64,000 bases of DNA from Candidatus Methylomirabilota bacterium (GTDB taxonomy: Bacteria > Methylomirabilota > Methylomirabilia > Rokubacteriales > CSP1-6), in contig DASYUQ010000077.1 of the NCBI GenBank assembly GCA_036001065.1, positions 12,299 through 76,298 of the forward strand. Direction: 5' to 3'. The notes beneath the pieces are model-generated. The model saw only the letters and a program-made list of their open reading frames with translations, did no database searches and had not been told where the DNA came from. The translations under genes and the position numbers were made by a program. Below are positions 7,462 to 16,141 of the stretch, piece by piece. The stretch's first letter is position 1; the number at the start of each line of letters is the position of its first letter.

Positions 7462-8268
7462 CTAGCGAACGGTCACCATCACCGGCTTGGCGAACATAAT
7501 GTGCCCCGACGGACCACCGCCACCACCTCGCGGCAGCACCGCGCCGGTCGGCGTCGTCACGGTGCCCACGGACGAGGCCTTCTCGGAGCCGTAGTGGAAG
7601 GCGGCGGTGATCGAGTACGTACCGGGCTCCTGCGGGGCCTTCACGGCCCACACGACCTTGCCCTCGGCCGGCTTCCGGGCGGCCAGATCAGTCTTCTGAT
7701 CGAAGATGACGACGCTATTGAGGTTCTTCTTGAGTCCGGCCGCACGGCTATCCACCCACTTGGTCTGCTCCTGGCCATCGCCGCCCCACGCCTTTGGAGG
7801 ACCGACGATCAGCCAACCGTCGCCCTGGACCGGTCGCGCCTGGAAGCGGAGGTCGGTGTCGACCAGGAACACCCCGACGGCCCCGTGGCCCCCCTTGACC
7901 GTCACCGTGATCTGGGTCTCCTGACCCGGTCGGAGGCTGGTCGGGGCGCTGAGGTTCACCGAGGCGAGCTCGTCCATCAGCTTGACGTCGGCCAGCAGCT
8001 TCTGGCGGTCGGCGGGCTGCATCTGCTGATAGGGGCCCGCGCCATCCTCGATGGCCTTGTAGTGCTTGTTCTCCTTGACCTGGCTGTTGGCGAACGCCTC
8101 CGGCTCGTTCCGTAACTGGTCCTTGGAGACGGACGAGTGGCAGGCGGCACACGTCGGGGCGAGATCGGTAACGTTGCGCAGCGGCCCGCCATTATAGGCG
8201 GCAGCCGGCGGCACGCCGAAGGGAAGCAGCATTGCTGCGAGGCCGAGAACGCTGGCAAATCGTTTCAT
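7462..8268 (-). CDS. Secreted monoheme c-type cytochrome-domain protein
   Basis: True start ATG at 8268 (MKRFASVLGLAAMLLPFGVPPAAAYNGG...) with a GGGGGA RBS. It has a signal peptide, a single CAACH heme motif about 20 aa after the cleavage site, and an about 220-aa C-terminal domain. The upstream 149 aa of track ORF 7462..8715 is an Arg/Ser-rich artefact. Confidence 0.55.
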   Translation of the reverse strand: MKRFASVLGLAAMLLPFGVPPAAAYNGGPLRNVTDLAPTCAACHSSVSKDQLRNEPEAFANSQVKENKHYKAIEDGAGPYQQMQPADRQKLLADVKLMDELASVNLSAPTSLRPGQETQITVTVKGGHGAVGVFLVDTDLRFQARPVQGDGWLIVGPPKAWGGDGQEQTKWVDSRAAGLKKNLNSVVIFDQKTDLAARKPAEGKVVWAVKAPQEPGTYSITAAFHYGSEKASSVGTVTTPTGAVLPRGGGGGPSGHIMFAKPVMVTVR

Positions 8269-8326
8269 CAGGTTTCCCCCGTGACAGCGAAGTGCACTGC
8301 AGTCCAACCCGACACTGATAAACCGA

Positions 8327-8821
8327 TCACCGGTAATGCCGGTTCCCCCGCGACGCCGCGCTCCGGCTGTCCCCCCCCAGGCTCGCCTCCATGACCAGCG
8401 CGTCCTCGCCCGTGTCGTAATAGTAGCCGCGGCGCCGCCCGACGACCCGGAAGCCGAACGACTCGTACAGCGCGCGCGCTTCGGCGTTGCTGGGCCGGAC
8501 CTCCAGGACGACCAGCCGCAGCGCCCGTCCGCGGGCCTCGTCGAGCACCTGACCCAGCAGCGCCCGCCCGATCCCCCGTCGGCGCGCGGACGGGTGCACC
8601 GCGATGTTCGTGATGTGCAACTCGTCCGCGACCTCCCACAGGCAGACGTAGCCGACGAGCCGGCCGTCCTCGCGGATGACGTTGCAGCGCGCCACCCGGT
8701 TCTGCTCCATCTCATAGAGGAAGGCGCCCCGTGACCAGGGCATCGAGAACGAGGCGCGCTCGATGGCGAGCACCTCGTCGAGATCGGCCGGGCTCATCCG
8801 CTCAGTGGACAGTGACGCCAC
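8327..8821 (-). CDS. rimI: Ribosomal-protein-alanine N-acetyltransferase (GNAT)
   Basis: GNAT motifs (ITNIAVHPSARRRGIGRALL) and a conserved tsaB-rimI gene pair. The probable start is ATG at 8797 (MSPADLDEV...). The track start at 8821 is GTG overlapping tsaB. Confidence 0.7.
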   Translation of the reverse strand: MASLSTERMSPADLDEVLAIERASFSMPWSRGAFLYEMEQNRVARCNVIREDGRLVGYVCLWEVADELHITNIAVHPSARRRGIGRALLGQVLDEARGRALRLVVLEVRPSNAEARALYESFGFRVVGRRRGYYYDTGEDALVMEASLGGDSRSAASRGNRHYR

Positions 8822-9509
8822 GGCGCTTCAGCTCCGCTTCGGACGGCCGCAGATAGATCGGAACGAGGTCGGCGACGGCGACGGTATCGCCGGCCAGGAG
8901 CCGGGCGAGCCCCAGGACGCCCACCGAGGCCGGCGACGGGACGCGTCGGTGCGGCGGGGCCGGGCGCGCATGCGGGGTGCGAATGGTGGCCGCCGCGTCG
9001 CCGAGGAGGATGACGGGCTCCGTCATCCGGGCGGCCAGGGCCCCGGGAGCGAGCGCGAGGTAGTCTGACTCCCGCTGCATCGCGGCCCCGTCCCATCGGT
9101 AGAACGCGCAGTAGACCTCCCCCTTACGGGCGTCGAGCACGGGGCACACCGGCAGCGACGCGAAGGGAAGCGATGCCGCCATCGCGTCGAGCGTAGGCAC
9201 CGCCGCGACCGGGATGCCGAGGGCCAGCGCCAGCCCCTTCACCGCGCTCAGCCCGATCCGCAGTCCGGTGAACGAGCCGGGTCCGACAGCGACGGCCAAG
9301 CCCTGCAGGTCGGCCGGCGTCCAGGCGGCGTCGGTCAGCAACCGGTCGATGGCCGGCAGCAGCCGCTCGGAGTGCGTGGCGCTCACGTCGAGCGAGTACT
9401 CGCCGCGGAGCCGCTCGCCGTCCAGCAGGGCCACGCCGCCCGCCAGCGTCGAAGTTTCGACCGCTAGAACGCGCACGGGCGCCAGTCTAGCACGCGGCGC
9501 CAGAGCCAA
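8802..9509 (-). CDS. tsaB: tRNA threonylcarbamoyladenosine biosynthesis protein TsaB (YeaZ)
   Basis: VRVLAVETSTLAGGVALLDG...HSERLLPAIDRLL...GPGSFTGLRIGLSAVKGLALA is canonical inactive-Kae1 TsaB. Confidence 0.75.
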   Translation of the reverse strand: MALAPRARLAPVRVLAVETSTLAGGVALLDGERLRGEYSLDVSATHSERLLPAIDRLLTDAAWTPADLQGLAVAVGPGSFTGLRIGLSAVKGLALALGIPVAAVPTLDAMAASLPFASLPVCPVLDARKGEVYCAFYRWDGAAMQRESDYLALAPGALAARMTEPVILLGDAAATIRTPHARPAPPHRRVPSPASVGVLGLARLLAGDTVAVADLVPIYLRPSEAELKRRGVTVH

Positions 9510-9517
9510 AGCCGGCG

Positions 9518-10231
9518 GTGCGATATAATACGCCCGGGAGGAAGCGGATGAGTGCCGCGCCGAAGAACGATCCCGCCGCCGTCGAGGTGGAGGTCCGTGA
9601 AAAGATCCACCTCGAGATCCTCAAGCGGACGGGTGCCTACCACGCCAACGACCACGTGCTGCTGCCCTCGGGGCAGCACACCAGCGAGTACATCGAGAAG
9701 ACGCTGGTGACGACGGAGCCATCTTTCACCGAAGGGCTCGGCGCCGTCATCGCCAAGCACTTCGCCCAGTGGCCCGTCGATGCCGTGCTCTCCACTGGTC
9801 CGGGCGCCCTCATCCTCTCCCACTGCGTGGCGCGGGCGCACCCTTCACGCCCGATTGTCGTTTATGGCACGAAGGGACTGTCCGGTGGCAAGCGGCGGGT
9901 CACGCTGCCCGTCGAGTTCCAGCGCCTGATCCGGGAGGGCGCGCGCGTCCTGCTGATCGAAGACCTCGTCAGTACCGGCACCACGCTCGACCTCCTGATC
10001 AACCTTGTCGAGCAGTTGGGCGCCGAGGTGGTGGGGATCGGGTGCCTTTGGCGCCGCACGTCTGTGCAACTGAACGGCAAGCCAGTCTTCAGTCTGGTGA
10101 GCAGGGACTTTCCGACCTACGATCCGTCAGATTGTCCTCTATGTAAAAGGGGAATACCACTGAACGAAGAGTTCGTCCGGAGGCGGCACCTGCGGCGTCC
10201 CTCGACCGTACAGGAGCCTAAGACCCCGTAG
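9518..10231 (+). CDS. Phosphoribosyltransferase, orotate-PRTase (PyrE)-like, with C-terminal CxxC tail
   Basis: PRPP-binding motif RVLLIEDLVSTGTTL, and LPSGQHTSEYIEK resembles the PyrE hood region. C-terminal DCPLCKRG. A possible later start is at 9548 (MSAAPKND). Confidence 0.5.
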   Translation: MRYNTPGRKRMSAAPKNDPAAVEVEVREKIHLEILKRTGAYHANDHVLLPSGQHTSEYIEKTLVTTEPSFTEGLGAVIAKHFAQWPVDAVLSTGPGALILSHCVARAHPSRPIVVYGTKGLSGGKRRVTLPVEFQRLIREGARVLLIEDLVSTGTTLDLLINLVEQLGAEVVGIGCLWRRTSVQLNGKPVFSLVSRDFPTYDPSDCPLCKRGIPLNEEFVRRRHLRRPSTVQEPKTP

Positions 10232-10284
10232 TTCCGGCCTTTCAAGCTGTCCGGCCAAGCCCCGCCTCGTCTGTCACCAGGTCT

Positions 10285-10300
10285 TGGCACCCCTCTTGCG
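10285..10300 (+). promoter_or_regulatory. Sigma-54 (RpoN) -24/-12 promoter
   Basis: TGGCACccctcTTGCG matches TGGCAC-N5-TTGCW exactly. It lies 47 nt upstream of the ATG at 10347. Confidence 0.5.
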
Positions 10301-10346
10301 TAGTCACCGTGAGGCGAAACTTCTGGCATCGCCCGAGAGGTGCCTA

Positions 10347-11099
10347 ATGTATAGGCAGGCAATCCCGCTCCTCGGTCTCGTTCTCTCGCTCGCGGTCACG
10401 AGCCTCGCGGACGCCGAGCCGGTGACGGTCCTGTTTCCGGAGGGCGTGACGCGGGCCTTCCCCATCCTACGCTCCATGGACAACGAAAAGCTCGCCCAGG
10501 GTGACCTCAGCCAGGTCGTGCGGGGTGACAAGGTTTACAGCCGCCTGGTGTTCCGCTTCAAGGACGGTTCGATCTACGACGAGAGCGTCGTCTTCACCCA
10601 GCGCGAAGTATTCACCCTCCTGAGCTACCGCATTGTGCAGAAGGGCCCCTCTTTCCCGGAGACGCTGGAGGCGGCCATCGACCGGGACACCGGACGCTAC
10701 CAGGTCCGCTACCGCGCGGACGAGGACAGCCCCGAAGAGGTCCTCACCGGAAAGTTCGCGCTCCCCGACGACGCCTACAACGGGATGCTCTTCCTGATCG
10801 TGAAGAACCTGCCCGCGCGGGCCGGGGAGACGGTTTCGATAGTGGCGTTCACGCCGAAGCCGCGGGCCGTGAAGATGCAGCTCCTGCCGGTGGCCGAAGA
10901 TCGCATGCTGGTCAGCGACTCGCCGATGCAGGCCACCCGCTATCACATCCGGCCGCAGCTCGGCCTGTTCGCCTCGCTCCTGGTGGCCGACATCCCCGAT
11001 CTCCGCATGTGGATTCTTCCCGGGGAGGCTCCGGCGTTCCTGCGCGCGGAGGGTCCGCTCTACTTCATGGGGCCGGTCTGGAGGATCGACCCCTACTAG
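10347..11099 (+). CDS. Secreted hypothetical protein (signal peptide, no lipobox)
   Basis: Start at the second Met of the track ORF (MYRQAIPLLGLVLSLAVTSLADA|EP). There is no recognisable catalytic motif. The local GC is lower than surrounding DNA. Confidence 0.5.
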   Translation: MYRQAIPLLGLVLSLAVTSLADAEPVTVLFPEGVTRAFPILRSMDNEKLAQGDLSQVVRGDKVYSRLVFRFKDGSIYDESVVFTQREVFTLLSYRIVQKGPSFPETLEAAIDRDTGRYQVRYRADEDSPEEVLTGKFALPDDAYNGMLFLIVKNLPARAGETVSIVAFTPKPRAVKMQLLPVAEDRMLVSDSPMQATRYHIRPQLGLFASLLVADIPDLRMWILPGEAPAFLRAEGPLYFMGPVWRIDPY

Positions 11100-11196
11100 A
11101 TTCCTCGGAGGGGGGCTTCGCCCCCCTTCCGAAACCTCCCCCCAGGATCCATTGCGCGGGCTAAGCCCGCGCTCGAGCCGGCCGCCCCCAGAAACT
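11100..11196. repeat. GC-rich palindromic repeat element, diverged copy F (reverse orientation), between convergent genes
   Basis: cggaggggggcttcgccccccttccgaaacctccccccaggatccattgcgcgggctaagcccgcgctcgag parallels copies D and E (cggagggggcctcggcggccccctccgaggcctcccccagga..gatggcgccggcggagccggcgctcgaa). The terminal hairpin is kept by compensatory changes (GCGCGGGCtaaGCCCGCGC versus GCGCCGGCggaGCCGGCGC). Confidence 0.5.
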
Positions 11197-13017
11197 TCAG
11201 GCGGCTTCCCACAGCCCTTCGGCGACGCCGGCGCTCTTGTAGGCGGCTCGGATGCGATCGAGGTTCTGCGTGAAGAGGAGCCCGATCTTCGCGAACGGCT
11301 CGAAGACAGGACCCTGGCCCTCGATCAGCGGGAAGCTGACATTGGGGAGCTTGCCCCACTGGGCGCGCAGCGCGATGTTCACGGTCGCCAGGCGCGCGTA
11401 GAACTCCTCGCGCTCCTTCGCCGCGCGCTTGACGATCGGCGTGATCAGGCAGTCGATGGTCTGGCGCGCCCGCGCCGCCGCGCCCTCGACGGCCGCCTCC
11501 GCCAGCGGCACCACCGTCACGCCCAGCTCGCCCAGGAACCGCTGCAGGAGCCGACCGACCGATTCCTGGAGCAGCACCTCGGGCAGCCCGACCGTCTTCA
11601 GCTCGCGGTGGCCGATCTGCGCAGCCTCCGCGTACAGCTGGTCGCGCAGCCACTGCACGTAGGCGCGGTTCTCCTCGTCCTTCCACCACTGCTTGATCAT
11701 CTTCTTGCCCCAGTAACGGATGGCCACGTAGTAGAGGTCCCGCTTCCAGAGCTTCTTGGCGATCCCCCGCCAGGAGTAGAACTTGGCCATCGCATCGATC
11801 GCCCCCGTCTGGAGCTCGTAGGGCGACATCCGCCGCGGCTGGTGGACCGTGTGGTGGCCGTCGTAAAAGGACCAGTTCCGGTTGATGACGTACTTGTCGC
11901 CCTTGGCGTAGAGGGTGTCCCAGTCGGGCGAGCCCGGGATCGGCGTGAGGATCATGAACTGCACGGAGTCGATGTCGTGCTTCAGCGCGAAGTCGGCGGT
12001 CGCGTCGATCGTCTCGAGGTCGTCCTCGTCCGAGCCGACCACGAACATGCCGTGGATCCGGATTTGGTGGGCGTGGAAGCGCTCGATCGACCGCTCGATC
12101 TTGGCCAGATCCTGCTTCTTCTGGAAGAGCTTGAGCGTGCGGGGATTGATGGACTCGAACCCCACGTACACATTGAAGCAGTTCGAGTCGCGCATGAGCT
12201 CGAGAAGCTCGGGATCGTCCACCGTCTCGGTGCGCACCTGGGCGCCCCACTGGGGCGTGAGCCCGCGCTCGATCATCCCCCGCAAGAGCTCCTTCACGCG
12301 CTTCTTGTTGGCGGTGAAGATGTCGTCGGCGAAGAAGGTGTAGAGGTTGCCCTTGTGCAGCGTCAGCTCCTCCAGCACCCGCGCGACCGAGTGGGTGCGG
12401 AAGGCGTGACCGTACATCCCCGGCACCGAGCAGAAGGTGCAGGAGAAGGGGCAGCCGCGGGAGGTGGCGATGGAGATGACCCCGCCCGGCTTCCAGCCGG
12501 TGATGAGCTGGTAATCGGGGATCGGGTTCACGTCCAGGTTGGGGATCTTCGGGCGCTCGGGGTTGTGCACGGTCCGGCCGTCCGCCTGGTACGAGAGATT
12601 CTGGATCTTCTCGAACCCCTCGCCCCGCTGGATGGCGTCCACCAGCTCCTGGAAGGCGGCCTCCCCCTCGCCCCGGACGACGAAGTCTCCGTGGGCGAGC
12701 CCTTCGTCGGGCATGAAGCTCGTGTGGGTGCCGCCCAGCACGACGATCCCGCCCGCCTGCCTCACCTGGTCGGCGAGGCGATACGACTGGGGGGCCGTGG
12801 AGGTGATGGCGGAGATGCCCACCAGATCGGCCGCGAGCACCTCCGCCATGTCCACGGGTTGGATGTCCTCGATGTAGACGCGGACGTCGTATCCCTTGCT
12901 CCGCATGATCGTGCCCAAGAGCACGGAGCCGAGCCGCGGAATACACACCCGGGTGTACACGTGGAGGTGCGTGGACTTCGGCTCGACAAACACGAGCTTC
13001 TTGAGCGCTCGCTTCAT
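11197..13017 (-). CDS. Cobalamin (B12)-binding domain radical SAM enzyme (class B) with about 180-aa C-terminal extension
   Basis: Start ATG 13017 (MKRALKKLVFVEP...) with RBS GGGGAG. N-terminal B12-binding fold (DLVGISAITS...IVVLGGTHTSF) and CPFSCTFCSVPG (Cx3Cx2C), then a Trp-rich C-terminal extension reminiscent of DUF4070. Confidence 0.75.
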   Translation of the reverse strand: MKRALKKLVFVEPKSTHLHVYTRVCIPRLGSVLLGTIMRSKGYDVRVYIEDIQPVDMAEVLAADLVGISAITSTAPQSYRLADQVRQAGGIVVLGGTHTSFMPDEGLAHGDFVVRGEGEAAFQELVDAIQRGEGFEKIQNLSYQADGRTVHNPERPKIPNLDVNPIPDYQLITGWKPGGVISIATSRGCPFSCTFCSVPGMYGHAFRTHSVARVLEELTLHKGNLYTFFADDIFTANKKRVKELLRGMIERGLTPQWGAQVRTETVDDPELLELMRDSNCFNVYVGFESINPRTLKLFQKKQDLAKIERSIERFHAHQIRIHGMFVVGSDEDDLETIDATADFALKHDIDSVQFMILTPIPGSPDWDTLYAKGDKYVINRNWSFYDGHHTVHQPRRMSPYELQTGAIDAMAKFYSWRGIAKKLWKRDLYYVAIRYWGKKMIKQWWKDEENRAYVQWLRDQLYAEAAQIGHRELKTVGLPEVLLQESVGRLLQRFLGELGVTVVPLAEAAVEGAAARARQTIDCLITPIVKRAAKEREEFYARLATVNIALRAQWGKLPNVSFPLIEGQGPVFEPFAKIGLLFTQNLDRIRAAYKSAGVAEGLWEAA

Positions 13018-13334
13018 GAGTGGTTTCTCCCCGGTTGAAGAGGCCAGAGAATTTCGCAGATGCGCCAACGCTATCACCCGCCTCCGCGGCTTGTCAACGT
13101 ACGCCTGCCCCCTTCTCCCCTAAATATGGTGTTCACGACCCGTCCGGAACCCCCGTATGTTGGATTTGGGGCTTGACAGGATTTCCGGGCCGGCTCTAGC
13201 ATGCCGGTGACGCGCGTCATGCCGCAAGGGAGGTGAGCCGCGCCCTCGAGGCGACCGGCCCTCTCGGCCTTGCGTTCCGGCAGGGCCGCACCCTCTGATG
13301 ATACTGAGTGGGGCGACCCCCCTCAGACCCTGAG

Positions 13335-13392
13335 GATTCTGGCCTGCAGACTCTCCCCCGCAGATTCTCCCCCCGCGAATTCTGCCCGCAAT
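13335..13392. repeat. Four tandem imperfect 14-15 bp direct repeats (GAYTCT-SSCCC-GCA)
   Basis: GATTCTGGCCTGCA / GACTCTCCCCCGCA / GATTCTCCCCCCGC / GAATTCTGCCCGCA. They lie directly 3' of the nrdR stop and about 320 bp upstream of the radical SAM start. A CCTCAGaccCTGAGG palindrome at 13321-13335 abuts them. Confidence 0.4.
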
Positions 13393-13403
13393 CGACGGTC
13401 GAG

Positions 13404-13916
<513 letters not shown>

Positions 13917-13929
13917 GGGAGCCCTCCCC

Positions 13930-15177
13930 TCACTTCACGCGGTCCGGGTAGAGGGGAAACCGACCGGTCAGCTCCTGCACCTCGGCGCGCACCGCCGCCT
14001 CCACCGCCGAGGAGCCGAGCTGGCTCAACACGCGGTCGGTGAGCTCGGCGATCCGCTCCATCTCGGGCTCCCGCATGCCCCGCGTCGTCAGCGCCGGCGT
14101 CCCCAGCCGGATGCCGCTGGTCACCATGGGGCTGCGGGTATCGAAGGGCACGGTGTTCTTGTTCACGGTGATCCAGGCGCGGTCCAGCGCCTCCTGGGCG
14201 TCTTTGCCCGTGATGTCGCGGCTGGTGAGGTCGACCAGGATGAGATGCGTGTCGGTGCCGCCGCTCACCAGGCGATAGCCGCGAGCCAGCAGCGCGGCGG
14301 CGAGCGCCTTGGCATTGCGGACGATCTGCTGCTGGTAGGCGCGCCACTCCGGCGTGAGGGCCTCCTTGAACGCCACCGCCTTGGCGGCGATCACGTGCAT
14401 GAGCGGACCGCCCTGCACTCCCGGCATCACGACTTTGTCCAGCGTCGCCGCGTCCTTGGCCTGGCACAGGATCATGCCGCCCCGAGGGCCGCGCAGGGTC
14501 TTGTGGGTGGTGGTGGTGACGAAGTCGGCGAGGCCGACCGGCGACGGATGCAGCCCCGCCGCGACCAACCCGGCCGGATGGGCGATGTCGGCCATCAGGA
14601 CGGCACCGACTTCGCGCGCGATCTCTGCGAAGGGGCGGAAGTCGATGGCGCGTGGAAAGGCCGAGCCCCCGGCGATGATCAGCTTGGGGTGATGCTGCCG
14701 GGCCAGGTCGCGCACCTGGTCGAGGTCGATCCGCTCGGTGTCCTTGCGGACGCCGTAGGGCACGATCTTGTAGAGCTTCCCCGAGTAGTTCACGGGGCTC
14801 CCGGCCGTCAGGTGGCCGCCGTGCGAGAGGTTGGGCCCCAGGACCGTGTCGCCGGGTTTGAGGACAGCGAAGTAGACGGCCATGTTGGCCTGGGCGCCCG
14901 AGTGAGGCTGGACGTTGGCGTGCTCGGCACCGAACAGCTCCCGGGCGCGGGCGATCGCCAGGTCCTCGGCGATATCGACCACCTCGCAGCCCCCGTAGTA
15001 CCGGCGCCCCGGATAGCCCTCGGCGTACTTGTTGGTCATGACCGAACCGAGCGCCTCCAGCACCGCCTCGGAGACGAAGTTCTCGGAGGCGATCAGCTCG
15101 AGGTTCCGGTTCTGCCGCTGCGCTTCCTCGCGCAGCGTCTTGGCGATGTCGGGGTCGACGTCAGTGAGCCGGGGCAT
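13930..15177 (-). CDS. glyA: Serine hydroxymethyltransferase
   Basis: 415 aa, with the PLP-Lys motif [15 protein letters not shown] and [26 protein letters not shown]. Confidence 0.9.
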   Translation of the reverse strand: MPRLTDVDPDIAKTLREEAQRQNRNLELIASENFVSEAVLEALGSVMTNKYAEGYPGRRYYGGCEVVDIAEDLAIARARELFGAEHANVQPHSGAQANMAVYFAVLKPGDTVLGPNLSHGGHLTAGSPVNYSGKLYKIVPYGVRKDTERIDLDQVRDLARQHHPKLIIAGGSAFPRAIDFRPFAEIAREVGAVLMADIAHPAGLVAAGLHPSPVGLADFVTTTTHKTLRGPRGGMILCQAKDAATLDKVVMPGVQGGPLMHVIAAKAVAFKEALTPEWRAYQQQIVRNAKALAAALLARGYRLVSGGTDTHLILVDLTSRDITGKDAQEALDRAWITVNKNTVPFDTRSPMVTSGIRLGTPALTTRGMREPEMERIAELTDRVLSQLGSSAVEAAVRAEVQELTGRFPLYPDRVK

Positions 15178-15343
15178 CGGAAACGCCTGCGCGCGGGATC
15201 ACGCGTTCGAGGGCCGCCCACACGCCGGGAACCTTGTTGGCGGCGATGACCATGCCGAGGGAGTCGGTGCCGACGTCGAGGATCCGGTGGTCTTCCTTGA
15301 GAGGGAAACCGGCGTGGTCGGCGCCGAGGGCGATGACCGTCAT
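15161..15343 (-). pseudogene. rpiB: Degenerate remnant of ribose-5-phosphate isomerase B (rpiB/lacAB family)
   Basis: MTVIALGADHAGFPLKEDHRILDVGTDS | LGMVIAANKVPGVWAALE. It matches the RpiB N-terminus and the ANKVPG segment. The about 45-aa middle (including the catalytic Cys loop) and the about 70-aa C-terminus are missing. The ORF terminates inside the glyA start region. Confidence 0.45.
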
Positions 15344-15412
15344 ACCTGGCTCACCATACTGGTAGGGGCCCGACGTGTCAAGCACACCTAGATGTCGGGG
15401 TCGGGGCACCCG

Positions 15413-16141
15413 TCACGGATACGCGTTCCGGTCGGCGAGAACCGTGCAGCGCGGATGGTTTCTGAGGACGGAGGCGGGGATCTCCGGGCTCACCGGACCG
15501 TCGACGAGCCGCCGGAGCGCGGCGCGCTTGCCGCGGCCGCTCACCAGGACGACGACCTCGCGCGCTGCGGCGATCGTCGAGAGCCCCAGCGTCACCGCGC
15601 GGTCCGCGACGGCGCCCCCGGCCAGCGTCAGGTTGACCTGGTCGGTGAGGATGTACTGCACGGTTTCGGGCAGGAGCGGGACCGGACGGGTCACCGAGTC
15701 GAAGGGTGCCCCCGGCTCGTTGGAGGCCAGGTGGGCGTTCGGTCCGAGCCCCAGCATCACGAGGTCCAACCCGCCCACCTCGACGATGACTTTCTCGTAG
15801 GCCCGGCACATCTCCTCCAGGTCGGCCGCGTCGATCCGAAAGGGATGGCACCGCGCGCCCGGCACGCCCGCCCACTCCAGGAACTCGTGGCAGACCTGCT
15901 GCCAGAAATAGCCGCTGGCGGGCGCCGGGCGACAGAGCTCATCCACCGAGAAGACCCGCAGACGCGAGAAGTCGACGGCCACCGTGGCCTGCAGCTCGCG
16001 CAGCAGCGCGTACATCCGGCGGGGTGTGCGCCCCGCCGGCACGGCCATGGCGAGATCGGGCTTGGCCCCGACGCGCTCGCGTACCAGCGCGGCCGCGGCC
16101 GCAGCCAGCTCCTCGGCCTCGCGAAAGACGATCAGTCGCAT
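15413..16141 (-). CDS. pgl: 6-phosphogluconolactonase (NagB/Pgl family)
   Basis: 242 aa, with LMLGLGPNAHLASNEPG and the family fold. Confidence 0.65.
   Translation of the reverse strand: MRLIVFREAEELAAAAAALVRERVGAKPDLAMAVPAGRTPRRMYALLRELQATVAVDFSRLRVFSVDELCRPAPASGYFWQQVCHEFLEWAGVPGARCHPFRIDAADLEEMCRAYEKVIVEVGGLDLVMLGLGPNAHLASNEPGAPFDSVTRPVPLLPETVQYILTDQVNLTLAGGAVADRAVTLGLSTIAAAREVVVLVSGRGKRAALRRLVDGPVSPEIPASVLRNHPRCTVLADRNAYP

Noticed and set aside
12150-12175. tRNA-like T-loop sequence GGGGTTCGAGTCC on the minus strand
   Set aside because: It lies inside the radical SAM coding frame (..YVGFESINP..), with no acceptor or anticodon arms.
13173-13210. Plus-strand TTGACA-17-cTAGCAt promoter-like motif
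   Set aside because: It would transcribe antisense into the nrdR 3' end, with no downstream plus-strand gene. It is probably a chance match, although an antisense sRNA cannot be excluded.
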